Source: an uncultured Gemmatimonadaceae bacterium
GTDB taxonomy: Bacteria > Gemmatimonadota > Gemmatimonadetes > Gemmatimonadales > Gemmatimonadaceae
Direction: 5' to 3'
DNA length: 64,000 bases
Assembly: GCA_963716745.1 (NCBI GenBank)
Contig: OY970320.1
Span: 1,536,001-1,600,000 of the forward strand
The first letter of the stretch is position 1. Each line of letters begins with the position of its first letter. The position numbers were made by a program, and so were the translations under genes. Below the pieces are notes generated by a model. That model saw only the letters and a program-made list of their open reading frames with translations. It did not search any database and was not told where the DNA came from. This document shows, piece after piece, positions 1-9,805 of the stretch.

Positions 1-33
1 TAACGTCTAAGTCTAGAGTCCAAGTCTGTAGTT
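1..33. repeat. Partial short-period (6-7 nt, AGACT core) intergenic repeat at the window edge; on the minus strand it begins TAACTAC at the ppa stop codon
   Basis: Minus strand reads TAA CTAC AGACTTG GACTCT AGACTT AGACG. Same AACTAC head as other repeat elements in the window. Truncated by the window edge. Confidence 0.4.
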
Positions 34-598
34 ACGGCGTCGCCGTCATGAACTTCGCCGCGTACCGGTCGATGCCTTCGCGAATGACCGTCATCGCGAC
101 ATCGCTCTTCCCCCACCCCACGGTCTGCACCCGCTTCCCCTCGAGATCCTTGTAGATGTGGAAGAAGTGCTCGACCTCTTTCAGCACGTGCTGCGGGATG
201 TCCGCGATGTCGAAATACTCGCCGAAGAAGGGGTCGTTGATCGGCACCGCGAGGATCTTGTCGTCGGGCTCGCCGCGGTCGGTCATCTTCAGCACGCCAA
301 TGGGGCGCGCGTCGATCTGGCATCCCGGGAACGTCGGCTCGTTCACCATCACGAGGATGTCGCACGGATCGTGATCCTCCGCCAGCGTGCGCGGGATGAA
401 CCCGTAGTCGCCCGGATAGTGCACGGCCGAGTACAGCACGCGATCGAGACGCAGGAGCCCCGACTCCTTGTCGAGCTCGTACTTGTTGCGGCTCCCGGTG
501 GGGATCTCCACGAGCGCGGTCACCTCTTCCGGCGGGTGCCGCCCTGGGGGCAGGTGGTGCCACGGGTGGAGCAAGCGCGCCTCACGCGAAGTGTGCAC
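32..598 (-). CDS. ppa: Family I soluble inorganic pyrophosphatase
   Basis: Motifs EIPxGSRNKYELDK, LDRVL, YPGDYGFIPRTL, DxDPxD, D..DDKILAV, FF..YKDLE. True start may be the TTG about 9 codons downstream. Confidence 0.95.
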   Translation of the reverse strand: MHTSREARLLHPWHHLPPGRHPPEEVTALVEIPTGSRNKYELDKESGLLRLDRVLYSAVHYPGDYGFIPRTLAEDHDPCDILVMVNEPTFPGCQIDARPIGVLKMTDRGEPDDKILAVPINDPFFGEYFDIADIPQHVLKEVEHFFHIYKDLEGKRVQTVGWGKSDVAMTVIREGIDRYAAKFMTATP

Positions 599-648
599 CG
601 GAATTGTAGCGCGCCCGGCGCTCGACTGACAGCCGCGGCGGGCGTATC

Positions 649-1830
649 ATGTTCACGACCCCAACCGCCGGACTCTCGCTGACCCCTTCACGCTCGGCCG
701 CGCGCCCGCGCATCGTGCTCCTCGGCTGCTCTTTCGCCGGGCTCGAATTCCTGTTGCGGTACGCGCGGCGCACTCGTGCCTTCCGGCCGGGCGAAGTGAC
801 AGTGGTGGATCCGCGCACGAGTCATTCGTACGTTCCGCTCGCGCACGAGGTGGCGAGCGGCGCGCGCGAGGCCGCGGAGCTCGTCTTCGAGACGCCGGCG
901 TTCGTCACCGCGCTCGGCGCTGAGTGGGTGACGAGCGGCGCGCGCTCGGTGGATCCCGCGGCGAAGACCGTACTGCTCGAGAACGGCCGCGTCCTCGCCT
1001 ACGATCGCTGCATCGTGGCGGTGGGATCGGTGCCGGCGGTGCCGGCGGAACTCGACGGCAAGGCGGGCGTCATCGCCGCGAAGTGGATACCGGATGCCGC
1101 CGCGCTCAACGCGCGCCTGCACGTGCTGCGCGCGACGGGCGCGCGCATGATGCGCGTGGTGGTCGCCGGCGGCGGACTCACCGCCGTGGAGTGGAGCGCG
1201 GAGCTGGCGAGCGCGCGCGTGGAGGGCACGCGGATCGCGGTGACGCTCATCGGTTCGGAGCCCCGGCTGCTGCCGGCGTTCGCGCCGCATATCGCGCGCC
1301 GCGCGAGCCGCGCGCTGGAGTCGGTGGGCGTCGGAATGGTGTTCGGCCGCCGCGTGGCCGGCTTCGCGGGCGACCGCGCGCTGCTCGCGGACGGCGCGGC
1401 CTTCCCTGGCGACGTGCTGCTGTGGGCGGGCGGCGTACGCGCGAACCCGGTGCTCGCCGAGTTCGGCGCACCGCTCGGCGAGGACGGCCGCATCGTGGTG
1501 ACGCCGCGCCTCGAGGTGAACGGGTGCGACGGACTGCACGTGATCGGCGATGCCGCGCAGATCGTGGAGGACGGGAACCCGTGGCCCACGATGCGGCGCG
1601 CGATCGAGGCGATCTGGCAGGGCGCGCTGCTCGCGCGGCGGATCGCCGGACACTATGCCGTTGGCTCCGGACCATCGCACCGCCTGCGCACCGATTTCTG
1701 GTACGGCCTCTCGCTCGGCGCGAAGAAGAGCGCCATTGTGCGTGGCGGGCGACTGGATGAACGATCGGTGTATGTCGCGGCGCGCCGCGGGCTGCAATGG
1801 GCGTACTACCGCCGGTTCCCGGTTCGATAA
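649..1830 (+). CDS. NAD(P)/FAD-dependent oxidoreductase (NDH-2/pyridine nucleotide-disulfide family)
   Basis: Two Rossmann motifs (IVLLGCSFAG; VVVAGGGLTAVE), plus LWAGG and VIGDAA. Confidence 0.85.
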   Translation: MFTTPTAGLSLTPSRSAARPRIVLLGCSFAGLEFLLRYARRTRAFRPGEVTVVDPRTSHSYVPLAHEVASGAREAAELVFETPAFVTALGAEWVTSGARSVDPAAKTVLLENGRVLAYDRCIVAVGSVPAVPAELDGKAGVIAAKWIPDAAALNARLHVLRATGARMMRVVVAGGGLTAVEWSAELASARVEGTRIAVTLIGSEPRLLPAFAPHIARRASRALESVGVGMVFGRRVAGFAGDRALLADGAAFPGDVLLWAGGVRANPVLAEFGAPLGEDGRIVVTPRLEVNGCDGLHVIGDAAQIVEDGNPWPTMRRAIEAIWQGALLARRIAGHYAVGSGPSHRLRTDFWYGLSLGAKKSAIVRGGRLDERSVYVAARRGLQWAYYRRFPVR

Positions 1831-1831
1831 G

Positions 1832-1925
1832 AACTACTTTGACAGGATTAACATGATCGACATCATGATGGACAACGGGCGTCGTTCATCATGATGTCGA
1901 TCATGTTAATCCTGTCAAAGCAGTT
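1832..1925. repeat. Family A palindromic REP-like element, copy 1
   Basis: 39-nt arms (1832-1870 / 1887-1925) with 1 mismatch; core TTGACAGGATTAACATGAT. Confidence 0.95.
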
Positions 1926-1962
1926 GTCATGAATCTGGCGACGGCCCCGTCGCGCATCTAGA

Positions 1963-3935
1963 ATGTGTCCCATGTCTGACGATATCGACGTCCTCCTCCA
2001 CGAGCACCGGAAATTCCCGCCGCCCGCGAATTTCGCGAAAGGGGCGCACGTCAATTCCACCGCAATGCACGAGCGCGCCGCGAAGGACTACGAAGCGTTC
2101 TGGGCGGAGATGGCGCATGAGCTCGAGTGGTCGAAGCCCTGGAGCAGAGTGCTCGAGTGGGATCCGCCGTGGGCGAAGTGGTTCACCGGCGGCACGCTGA
2201 ACGCGAGCGTGAATTGTCTCGACCGCCATGTGCGCGGCGCGCGTCGCAACAAGGCGGCGCTCGTGTGGGAGGGCGAGCCGGGCGATACGCGGACGCTCAC
2301 ATACTGGGACCTGTACCGCGAGGTGAACAAGTTCGCGAACGTGCTCGACTCGCTGGGCGTGAAGCGCGGCGATCGCGTGGCGATCTACCTGCCGCTCATC
2401 CCCGAGGTCGTGATCGCGATGCTCGCGTGCGCGCGCATCGGCGCGCCGCACTCGGTGGTGTTCGGCGGCTTCTCGAGCGACAGTCTGCGCGACCGGATCA
2501 ACGATGCGCAGTGCAAAGTGCTCGTCACCGCCGACGGCGGCTACCGGCGCGGCACGATGCTGCCGCTCAAGCGCAACGCCGATAAGGCGCTCGAGGAGAC
2601 GCCGTCGATCAAGCACGTGGTAGTGGTGAAGCGCACCGGCGATGGCAGCGAGAGCCACGCCGAGATGACGGAGGGGCGCGACCACTGGTGGCACCGCCTC
2701 ATGAAGAACGCGGCGGCGTACCGCGAACCGGAGCAGATGGGCGCCGAAGATGTGCTCTACATCCTGTATACGAGCGGCACCACCGGGATCGCCCAAGGGC
2801 ATCGTGCACACCACCGGCGGCTACATGACCGTTGCGCACGCCACCACGAAACTGGTGTTCGACCTGAAGGAGGACGACGTCTACTGGTGCACCGCCGATG
2901 TCGGCTGGGTCACCGGACACACATATCTCGTGTACGGGCCGCTCTCCAACGGCGCGACGTGTGTGATGTACGAAGGCGCCCCCGACTGGCCCGAGAAGGA
3001 TCGCTTCTGGGAGATCTGCGAGAAGTTCGGCGTCACGATCTTCTACACCGCGCCCACCGCGATCCGCGCGTTCATGAAGTGGGGGAAGGAGCACGTGCTC
3101 AAGCACGATCTCTCCCGCCTCCGTCTGCTCGGCTCCGTGGGCGAGCCGATCAATCCGGAAGCGTGGATCTGGTACCACGAGAACGTCGGCAAGGAGCGCT
3201 GCCCCATCGTGGACACGTGGTGGCAGACGGAGACCGGCAGCATCCTGATATCGCCGCTCCCGGGCGTGACGCAGGACCAAACCCGGCAGCGCGACCATGC
3301 CGTTCCCGGGGATCTTCGCCGATCTGCTCGACGCGAACGCGAGACCCATCGCGGTGGGCGGCGGCTTGCTCGCGATCACCAAGCCGTGGCCTTCGATGCT
3401 TCGCACGATCTGGGGCGACCCCGACCGCTACGTGCAGACGTACTTCTCGAAGTGGAAGGACCGCCCCGATCTGTACTTCCCTGGCGACGGCGCGAAGCGC
3501 GACGACGAGGGCTATTTCTGGATCCTGGGCCGCGTGGATGATGTGCTCAACGTCGCAGGCCATCGCATCGGCACCATGGAGGTGGAGAGCGCGCTCGTCT
3601 CGCATCCCGCGGTGGCCGAGGCGGCGGTGGTGGGCAAAGCGCATGAGCTGAAGGGACAGGCGATCGCGGCGTTCGTGACGCTGCGCGAAGGGCAGAGAGC
3701 CTCGCCCGCCCTGCGCGACGACCTGCGCGAGCACGTCGCGCAGAAGATCGGCGCGCTCGCCCGCCCCGACGACATCCTCTTCTCGGCCGACCTGCCGAAG
3801 ACGCGCTCCGGAAAGATCATGCGCCGGCTGCTGCGCGACATCGCCGAAGGACGCGCGCTGGGCGACGTGACGACCCTCGCCGATCCCGCGGTCGTCGCGA
3901 AGCTGAAGGATCAGTACGAGGCGACGGAGTCCTGA
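1963..3935 (+). CDS. acs: Acetate--CoA ligase (AMP-forming); two frameshifts at ~2788 and ~3274, probably sequencing indels
   Basis: Three consecutive frames give [51 protein letters not shown] and [12 protein letters not shown]. Confidence 0.95.
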
Positions 3936-4028
3936 ACGAACTGCTTGACAGGATTAACAAGATGGACAGGATGAACAACAAGCGTTGTTCATCCTGTCCA
4001 TCTTGTTAATCCTGTCAAGCAGTTCGTT
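3935..4028. repeat. Family A palindromic element, copy 2 (between convergent acs and VKOR genes)
   Basis: Perfect 45-bp inverted repeat (3935-3979 / 3984-4028) with loop AAGC. Internal 9-nt units ACAGGATTA/ACAAGATGG/ACAGGATGA. Confidence 0.95.
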
Positions 4029-4440
4029 GAGATCGCAGATCCGCGATGGACGTCATGAGAATCCCGAGCATGATGCACGCCGACGTCACGCACCAGATGC
4101 AGATCGCGTGGATCACGAAGAGTTCGAGGTACGTGAGCCACATCGAGAACAGCACGCTCCAACCCGAGATCGCGACCATCATGTAGGAGATCGCGCGCGA
4201 CTCGGAGCCGCGCTCGGAGAGTCCCGCGATCGCGAGCACGAAGAGCACGACGTATGTCGCGAGCCCCCATGCCGCCACCGGCAAGCCGAGGAAGGTGGCC
4301 CAGCGGCTCGTGTTCACCGTCTCGCACTCGCCCACCGAGCAGGCGAGCTCGCCGATCACCCCCACCTTGTAGAGCGTGAGGTAGAGCGCGACGAACGCGC
4401 CCGCCAGCGCGAGGACGGCGATGACCTGCCGCGTCCTCAC
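4015..4440 (-). CDS. Vitamin K epoxide reductase (VKOR) family protein
   Basis: About four TM segments, loop Cys pair (C-SVGE-C), C-terminal CIWC redox motif; coupled to the DsbA gene. Confidence 0.9.
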   Translation of the reverse strand: MRTRQVIAVLALAGAFVALYLTLYKVGVIGELACSVGECETVNTSRWATFLGLPVAAWGLATYVVLFVLAIAGLSERGSESRAISYMMVAISGWSVLFSMWLTYLELFVIHAICIWCVTSACIMLGILMTSIADLRSQRTA

Positions 4441-5201
4441 GGCTTCTTGGCGGTCTTCGGTCCTGCGGGTGCCGCGGCGGGCGGCTGGGTCGCGGCGCTG
4501 TCCACGTACGATTTGAACTCATCGTAGCCGATCGCGCCCGCCACCTTCCTCCGCCCGATCACGAACGTGGGCGTCTGCGAGACGCCAATGCGGTCGCCTT
4601 CCTTGCGGTTGCCGTAGATGCGCGTGAGGTGCTGCTGTTCCTCGAAGCACTTCTTCCAGTCGGCCACGTTCAGACCGATCTGCTTGGCGTACTCGGCGAA
4701 GAACTTGCCCGGGTTGTTCGTCGCCTCGGTGGACCACTCGGGCTGATTGAAGAAGAGCGCGTCATGCATCTCCCAGAATTTCTTCTGGTCGTCGGCGCAC
4801 GCCGCCGCGATGGATGCGCGCAGCGAGTTCTGGTGCTGCGGCAGCGGGAAATCGTAGTAGTGGTAGCTCACGAGACCGGCCTGCACGAGGCGGCGGCGCA
4901 CGTCGGGCTCGGTGACGAGCGAGAACTGCCCGCACGCCGGACACTCGTAGTCCGCGAACTCCAGCACTTGCACGGGCGCGTTGGGATTGCCGAGCAGATA
5001 GCCCTGCGCCGCAGCCGCGGTGACGTCCACTTCCTGTACGGGCGCCGATTTGGGGCGGGAAGCGACCGAGAGCAGCCATGCGCCGCCGGCGATGATGACG
5101 ATCGCGATCAGGATCCAGAAGCCGCGCGAATTCTTCGCCGGCTTCTTCTTCTTCACCACTCCCGGTCGCTGTCCCTTTCCCTCTTTTCGTCCGGCTGCCA
5201 T
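4437..5201 (-). CDS. Membrane-anchored DsbA-family thiol-disulfide oxidoreductase
   Basis: N-terminal TM, GNPNAPV, EFADYECPAC, DFPL, cis-Pro motif TPTF. Confidence 0.9.
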   Translation of the reverse strand: MAAGRKEGKGQRPGVVKKKKPAKNSRGFWILIAIVIIAGGAWLLSVASRPKSAPVQEVDVTAAAAQGYLLGNPNAPVQVLEFADYECPACGQFSLVTEPDVRRRLVQAGLVSYHYYDFPLPQHQNSLRASIAAACADDQKKFWEMHDALFFNQPEWSTEATNNPGKFFAEYAKQIGLNVADWKKCFEEQQHLTRIYGNRKEGDRIGVSQTPTFVIGRRKVAGAIGYDEFKSYVDSAATQPPAAAPAGPKTAKKP

Positions 5202-5467
5202 GTGGTCGGCTCCCAGTGTGGTTCGTTGGCTTGGCTTTCGCTCACGATACGCCGGCTCTCCGCGATCTCGGGCGTGTCGTACGTCGCGCGCACTTCGTAA
5301 TGGAAGAGCTCGCTGCGGATGTCGCCGATGAGTTTCATGAGTTCGCCGGCATGCGCCAGCAGCTCGCCGCGCTCATCGAGAGCGACGATCCGTGCCGCCA
5401 ACGACCTGAGCAGGGCCTGGAGCGCCCGCGCGCGGCCGTCGCCGTAGGTCTCTTCCGGCTCCGTCAT
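5153..5467 (-). CDS. Hypothetical protein
   Basis: ORF from MTEPEET with normal composition, co-oriented with dsbA/VKOR and overlapping the dsbA start by about 49 nt. Confidence 0.6.
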   Translation of the reverse strand: MTEPEETYGDGRARALQALLRSLAARIVALDERGELLAHAGELMKLIGDIRSELFHYEVRATYDTPEIAESRRIVSESQANEPHWEPTTWQPDEKRERDSDREW

Positions 5468-5573
5468 TCGAGGAAAGCTAGGGCCTGCGACAGACCCCGG
5501 CAATTCGCCGGACGCACTACACCGGGAGGCGATCTTCGATTAGATTCATGGGTCCTCATACCGTGCAGGGAGA

Positions 5574-5855
5574 ATGGCCAAGGATAGGAATCGCCAGCGC
5601 GAGAAGAGCGTGAGTACGCCCTTCGAGCAGGCGCGCGACGAGATGTTCCAACAGATCATCCAGTGCGGCGTGCTTCAGTCGTCGCCCGAGCACCAGATAG
5701 AGTGGCTCGACGATACGATGTCGTACCTCGCGGACCGATACCACGAACTCCAGCCCCGCGACGTCACCGAACTCAAGACCCTCGGCGTTCGTTTCTGCCA
5801 GCCGCCCAAGGCGCGCGTGGCGGATGAGCCGGCGGACGAGAATGTCGCGGCGTAA
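5574..5855 (+). CDS. Hypothetical protein (93 aa)
   Basis: GGGAGA RBS before ATG; natural composition; terminator downstream. Confidence 0.75.
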   Translation: MAKDRNRQREKSVSTPFEQARDEMFQQIIQCGVLQSSPEHQIEWLDDTMSYLADRYHELQPRDVTELKTLGVRFCQPPKARVADEPADENVAA

Positions 5856-5896
5856 ACAGCAACGGCGTGTGTGGCGTCTGGCGTATGGTACGACTG

Positions 5897-5925
5897 AAAA
5901 GCCCCTGCGTTCGCGCGGGGGCTTT
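5897..5925 (+). terminator. Intrinsic terminator (possibly bidirectional)
   Basis: AAAAGCCCCTGCGTTCGCGCGGGGGCTTT: GC-rich stem flanked by A and T tracts. Confidence 0.7.
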
Positions 5926-5987
5926 GTGCATCCCGTGGTCGGCGCGCTATACTCAGCAGCGTGCACTCCAACAGGAACCGGTATCGA

Positions 5988-6806
5988 ATGACGGGACATG
6001 CCTCGGCTCGCGCGCACCGCTCGGCGGCGGCGCTAATTGCGGCGTTCGCCACGTTGGGGGCCGTCGGCGCCTGTGGCGGGCATGTCGCCGCCACCGATGA
6101 GACCCCGTCGCCCCATGAGGCGCACGCCGCGTGGAGCTACAGCGGAGCGAAGGGCCCCAAGCACTGGGCCTCGCTCGACACGGCGTACAAGCTCTGTTCC
6201 GACAGCAATAACCAATCGCCGATCAATATCGACAGCGCCAAGCTGGTGGACGCCGAGAACATCGAGTTCCACTATGAGCCGAGCAAGATCAACATCGTGA
6301 ACAACGGGCACACGATCGAGGTCGAGTACGAGCCGGGGAGCTACGTCACGCTCGTGGGCGTGCGCTACGATCTGGTGCAGTTCCACTTCCACATGCCAGG
6401 CGAGCACAAGACGAAGGGCAAGCTGCGCGACGGCGAGCTGCATCTCGTGCACAAGAGCGCCGATGGCCATATCCTCGTCATCGGGGTGATCCTCTACCAC
6501 ACGCAGACCGACAATGCCGCGTTCGCGTCGGTGTGGGAGAACATCCCGAAGAAGCCGGGCGAGATGCAGCATCTCAATGCGCAGACCAACGCGAGTCTGT
6601 TCCTGCCGGCCAGCCGCGCGACGTACCGCTACGACGGATCGCTCACGACCCCGCCGTGCACCGAGGGCGTGCTCTGGAACGTCATGGTCGACTCGGTGGC
6701 CATGTCGCAGGGCCAGATGCTCGACTTCATGCACATCGTTGGCGACAACTACCGGCCAGTGCAGCCGCTGGGCGGGCGGCCGCTGCTCAAGGACGCGACG
6801 CCCTAG
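5988..6806 (+). CDS. Alpha-class carbonic anhydrase, probably an exported lipoprotein
   Basis: WSY..G..GP.HW, QSPINI, NNGHT, QFHFH, ELHLVH, GSLTTPPCTEGV, NYRPVQPL; lipobox-like VGAC. Confidence 0.95.
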   Translation: MTGHASARAHRSAAALIAAFATLGAVGACGGHVAATDETPSPHEAHAAWSYSGAKGPKHWASLDTAYKLCSDSNNQSPINIDSAKLVDAENIEFHYEPSKINIVNNGHTIEVEYEPGSYVTLVGVRYDLVQFHFHMPGEHKTKGKLRDGELHLVHKSADGHILVIGVILYHTQTDNAAFASVWENIPKKPGEMQHLNAQTNASLFLPASRATYRYDGSLTTPPCTEGVLWNVMVDSVAMSQGQMLDFMHIVGDNYRPVQPLGGRPLLKDATP

Positions 6807-6819
6807 TGGGCCTCTGCCA

Positions 6820-7725
6820 TCAGTGCGCGCCGCAGGACGAGACCGGCAGGGTGGAGTAGGCCATTCCTTCCGGCGCGATCTCCACGCGCACAGCGAATCG
6901 CTGCGCGCCCGGCGGCTGATCCTTCACGTTCGAGCCCACGATCATCGCGAGCCGGCGCACCGCGGAATCGGGAATGGTCGACCGGGTGATCGCGAGCGGA
7001 TACATGCCGCCGGTGGAGTCGAAGGCGAGCTCGAAGATCGCGTTGCCGGCCGGCAGCGGCGGCGTCGCGCCGGTCACCATCATGCTGACCACGCCGGTGT
7101 CGAGCACCTCGGCGATCTTGGGCGGCGCCGCGGGCGCTTTCGCACAATTCGGATCGATGACCTTATTGCCCACGGATCCGGGGAACTGGACCGTCCAGAA
7201 CAACTGGCGAAGCGGCAGCAGATCGGACTGGTACTGCGCGACGATCGCGACGTCCACGACGCCGATCCCGTCGCTGGCGAGCCACTCCGCGAACAGCGTG
7301 ACGCTCGCGGTGCTCGTGGGGATGGCAGAGATGTCGTGTCGGGCCATCGACTCGGCGTTCAGCGACGAGACCGCGCTGAGGCTCGCGGGAATGGTATAGA
7401 GCGTGATCGTGGCGGGGCGTCCCCCGAGCATGACATGGCACGTTTTCAGGCTCTGCATGTTCGGCTGCCGAGGCATCCTGTGGCCAACCCACAGATGAAC
7501 CGTCACCTTGCCCGTCGAGTACGTCTGATAGTAGCTGGTCGACGCGGAGACCGCGAAGCTCGACGGGACTTGCATCGTGACTCCGCTGACAGTCACCTGC
7601 ATCGAACCCGCGGCGGCCGGCGGTGGCGCGCCACACAAGTCGTCGGCTGAACCGTTCGCGGCCGGTGGGGCGATCGGCGTGCGAGCCAAGATGCCCGAGA
7701 TGACGAGCGCGATTGCGATGCTCAT
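6820..7725 (-). CDS. Hypothetical secreted protein
   Basis: GGAGG RBS before MSIAIALV; hydrophobic N-terminus; four Cys. Confidence 0.6.
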   Translation of the reverse strand: MSIAIALVISGILARTPIAPPAANGSADDLCGAPPPAAAGSMQVTVSGVTMQVPSSFAVSASTSYYQTYSTGKVTVHLWVGHRMPRQPNMQSLKTCHVMLGGRPATITLYTIPASLSAVSSLNAESMARHDISAIPTSTASVTLFAEWLASDGIGVVDVAIVAQYQSDLLPLRQLFWTVQFPGSVGNKVIDPNCAKAPAAPPKIAEVLDTGVVSMMVTGATPPLPAGNAIFELAFDSTGGMYPLAITRSTIPDSAVRRLAMIVGSNVKDQPPGAQRFAVRVEIAPEGMAYSTLPVSSCGAH

Positions 7726-7846
7726 TGCTAGGTCCTCCGGCGTGACTGGAGGCGCAGGGATCAACGCCCCCTGTCGACACTACGCGCCACTCGGCGCCAT
7801 CGCTAGGCTCGATTCGACGTGACGATTGGAATGCTCCAATCCGGCG

Positions 7847-8338
7847 CTACCGCCCGCGCACCGTCGCGCGCCGGAGTCCGAGTCCGATCTGTACGCCACC
7901 GCCGTATCCGGCCTCCACGAACGGAGTCCACGATCCCCACTTCGGGCCCTCGAGTCCGACGAGCGCCACGAGCGCGCCGCGCCACGATGGCGCCGCTTCA
8001 TAGCGGAGACTCAGGCCGCCGGTGCCGTAGAGCGCCCACTGCTCTTTGCGATCCGGATCGAGCACGTAGCGCCCCAGCAGGTCGAAGCGCGCGCTGAATT
8101 CACCCACGCCGCTCGCGAGAGTGCTGCCCGCGCCGCCGAGCGCAACGAGCCGGAAGCTCGGGTCGAGGAAGAACGCCACCGCCGCCGCGCCCTGCACCGT
8201 GGTCGTGCTCGCGAGGAACACATCGGCGCGCCCCTCCCACTGCGGGCCTGGCACACTCTGCGCCGCGCTCGACGTCGCCGCGAACGCGACCGCCGCGATG
8301 ACCGAGCGGTAGCGCCACGCACAACTCTTGTTCCTCAC
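7847..8338 (-). CDS. Hypothetical secreted protein, possibly a small outer-membrane beta-barrel
   Basis: Signal peptide ending AAQ; alternating Gly/hydrophobic strands; 4-nt overlap with the upstream gene. Confidence 0.65.
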   Translation of the reverse strand: MRNKSCAWRYRSVIAAVAFAATSSAAQSVPGPQWEGRADVFLASTTTVQGAAAVAFFLDPSFRLVALGGAGSTLASGVGEFSARFDLLGRYVLDPDRKEQWALYGTGGLSLRYEAAPSWRGALVALVGLEGPKWGSWTPFVEAGYGGGVQIGLGLRRATVRGR

Positions 8339-8859
8339 GCTTTTCGCCGTGTGCGTGAGAGGTACATCGTATAATCAATGATCGCCCACGCCGAGCACCC
8401 CGCCACGACCCAGATGTACCACGCGAGCCACGCGGGCTCGAGCAGGATCACGAACAGCGCGGCGATCTGGAGCGTGGTGAGCACTTTGCCGGAGAGCCGC
8501 GCCTTGAAATCGCTGACCTCGAGACCCGGCAGATAGTGCGCGACGAGGAGCCCCACCGCCGTCGCGAGGTCGCGGGAGATGATGATGAAATAGTCGCGGG
8601 TGGTGAGCGAGCCGTCGAACAGGAATGCCGAGAGCGCGAGGAGCACGAATGTCTTGTCGGCGATCGGGTCGAGCAGCGCGCCCACGCGCGTGCTGGCGCC
8701 CTGACGCGCGAGCCAGCCGTCCAACAGATCGGTAAGCGCGGCTGCACTGATGAGCGCGAGACGCGCGGTAGTGCCGTGCACCGCCACGAACGCCGCGGCC
8801 AGCGGGATGCGCGCGAAGGACAGCAGGTTCGGAACGGTGAACACGCGGTTCTGCTGCAC
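8335..8859 (-). CDS. CDP-alcohol phosphatidyltransferase (PgsA-like)
   Basis: PNLLSFAR and the signature TDLLDGWLAR...GALLDPIADK. Confidence 0.9.
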   Translation of the reverse strand: MQQNRVFTVPNLLSFARIPLAAAFVAVHGTTARLALISAAALTDLLDGWLARQGASTRVGALLDPIADKTFVLLALSAFLFDGSLTTRDYFIIISRDLATAVGLLVAHYLPGLEVSDFKARLSGKVLTTLQIAALFVILLEPAWLAWYIWVVAGCSAWAIIDYTMYLSRTRRKA

Positions 8860-8917
8860 GCCGCAAGCTAGATGGACCGCTCCGCGCTTGCCAGCGCGGG
8901 GCGTTGGACGCTATTTC

Positions 8918-9388
8918 ATGGATATGTCCGCCACCATCGAGATCCTCAAGACGATCAACATCTTCAAGGACCTCACGCCCGAGGAACTCGGCCGCGTCTC
9001 GGAACTCTGCGAGGAGCGGAAATACGAGTCGGGGGTGTACGTGTTCCATGAAGGCGAGCCGGGCAACCGGCTGTTCATCATCGTCGAGGGCGCGGTGCGG
9101 ATCTCGCGCCAGATCCCGGGCGCCGGTGAAGAGGCGCTCGCCGTGCTCAAGAAGGGCGCGCTCTTCGGAGAGATGGCGGTATTCGACAAGAGCGAGCGCT
9201 CCACCGACGCGATCGCCGACGGCGGTGTGACCGTGCTCACGATCTCGCGCCCCGAATTCGAGATGCTCCTCGAATTCAACAAGGAGCTGGGCACGAAGAT
9301 GCTCTGGGCCGTGATCCGGATGCTCTCCATGCGACTCCGCAGCACGAACGACTCGCTCAAATCGTTCCTGGCGATGAGTATGTTCTAA
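8918..9388 (+). CDS. Stand-alone cyclic nucleotide-binding domain protein
   Basis: IF..L, VFHEGEPG, FGEMAVFD..RSTDAIA; no HTH domain. Confidence 0.9.
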   Translation: MDMSATIEILKTINIFKDLTPEELGRVSELCEERKYESGVYVFHEGEPGNRLFIIVEGAVRISRQIPGAGEEALAVLKKGALFGEMAVFDKSERSTDAIADGGVTVLTISRPEFEMLLEFNKELGTKMLWAVIRMLSMRLRSTNDSLKSFLAMSMF

Positions 9389-9439
9389 CTGCGGACGACG
9401 GGCTGTTACGCTTCTACCGCTCCAGGCATCTAGTACTAA

Positions 9440-9805
9440 ATGCCCGCGACCATCCCGCCTCCCGCCTTGTCCGCGTTCACGCACGTCGCCGCCGATCTCA
9501 TCGGGGTGACGGGCGACGCGCTGCGCGATGTCTCGGCGCTCGGCGGGCTGCTTATCGCGGCGGCGGGCGCGGCGGGCTACGGCACGATCGGGGCGCCGGT
9601 GGTGAAGCAGTTGCCGGGCGGCGACGTCGCCGGGGTGCTGCTGCTCGACGGCTGCCACATCGCGCTGCATTCGTTCCCCGAGCGCGAATTGCTCCTCCTC
9701 GACATCCTCGCCCCCGCCTCGCGCGACGCGCGGAAGGCGCTGGACGTATTCGCGAAGCGTCTGGTTCCGCGGCAGATCAGGAGCGAGGCCCGGCCGAGGG
9801 GTTAG
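9440..9805 (+). CDS. S-adenosylmethionine decarboxylase (SpeD)-like protein with degenerate active site
   Basis: GVLLLDGCHIALHSFPE...LDIL aligns by eye with SpeD G...LAESHxSxHTWPE...DxFTC. Confidence 0.75.
   Translation: MPATIPPPALSAFTHVAADLIGVTGDALRDVSALGGLLIAAAGAAGYGTIGAPVVKQLPGGDVAGVLLLDGCHIALHSFPERELLLLDILAPASRDARKALDVFAKRLVPRQIRSEARPRG

Noticed and set aside
4015..5201. VKOR-DsbA pair as a novel system
   Set aside because: This is the well-established DsbB-independent disulfide-bond pathway.
9387..9392. AACTGC at the stop of the cNMP-domain gene as another repeat element
   Set aside because: The hexamer is present but no hairpin or periodic array follows; it may be chance or a remnant.
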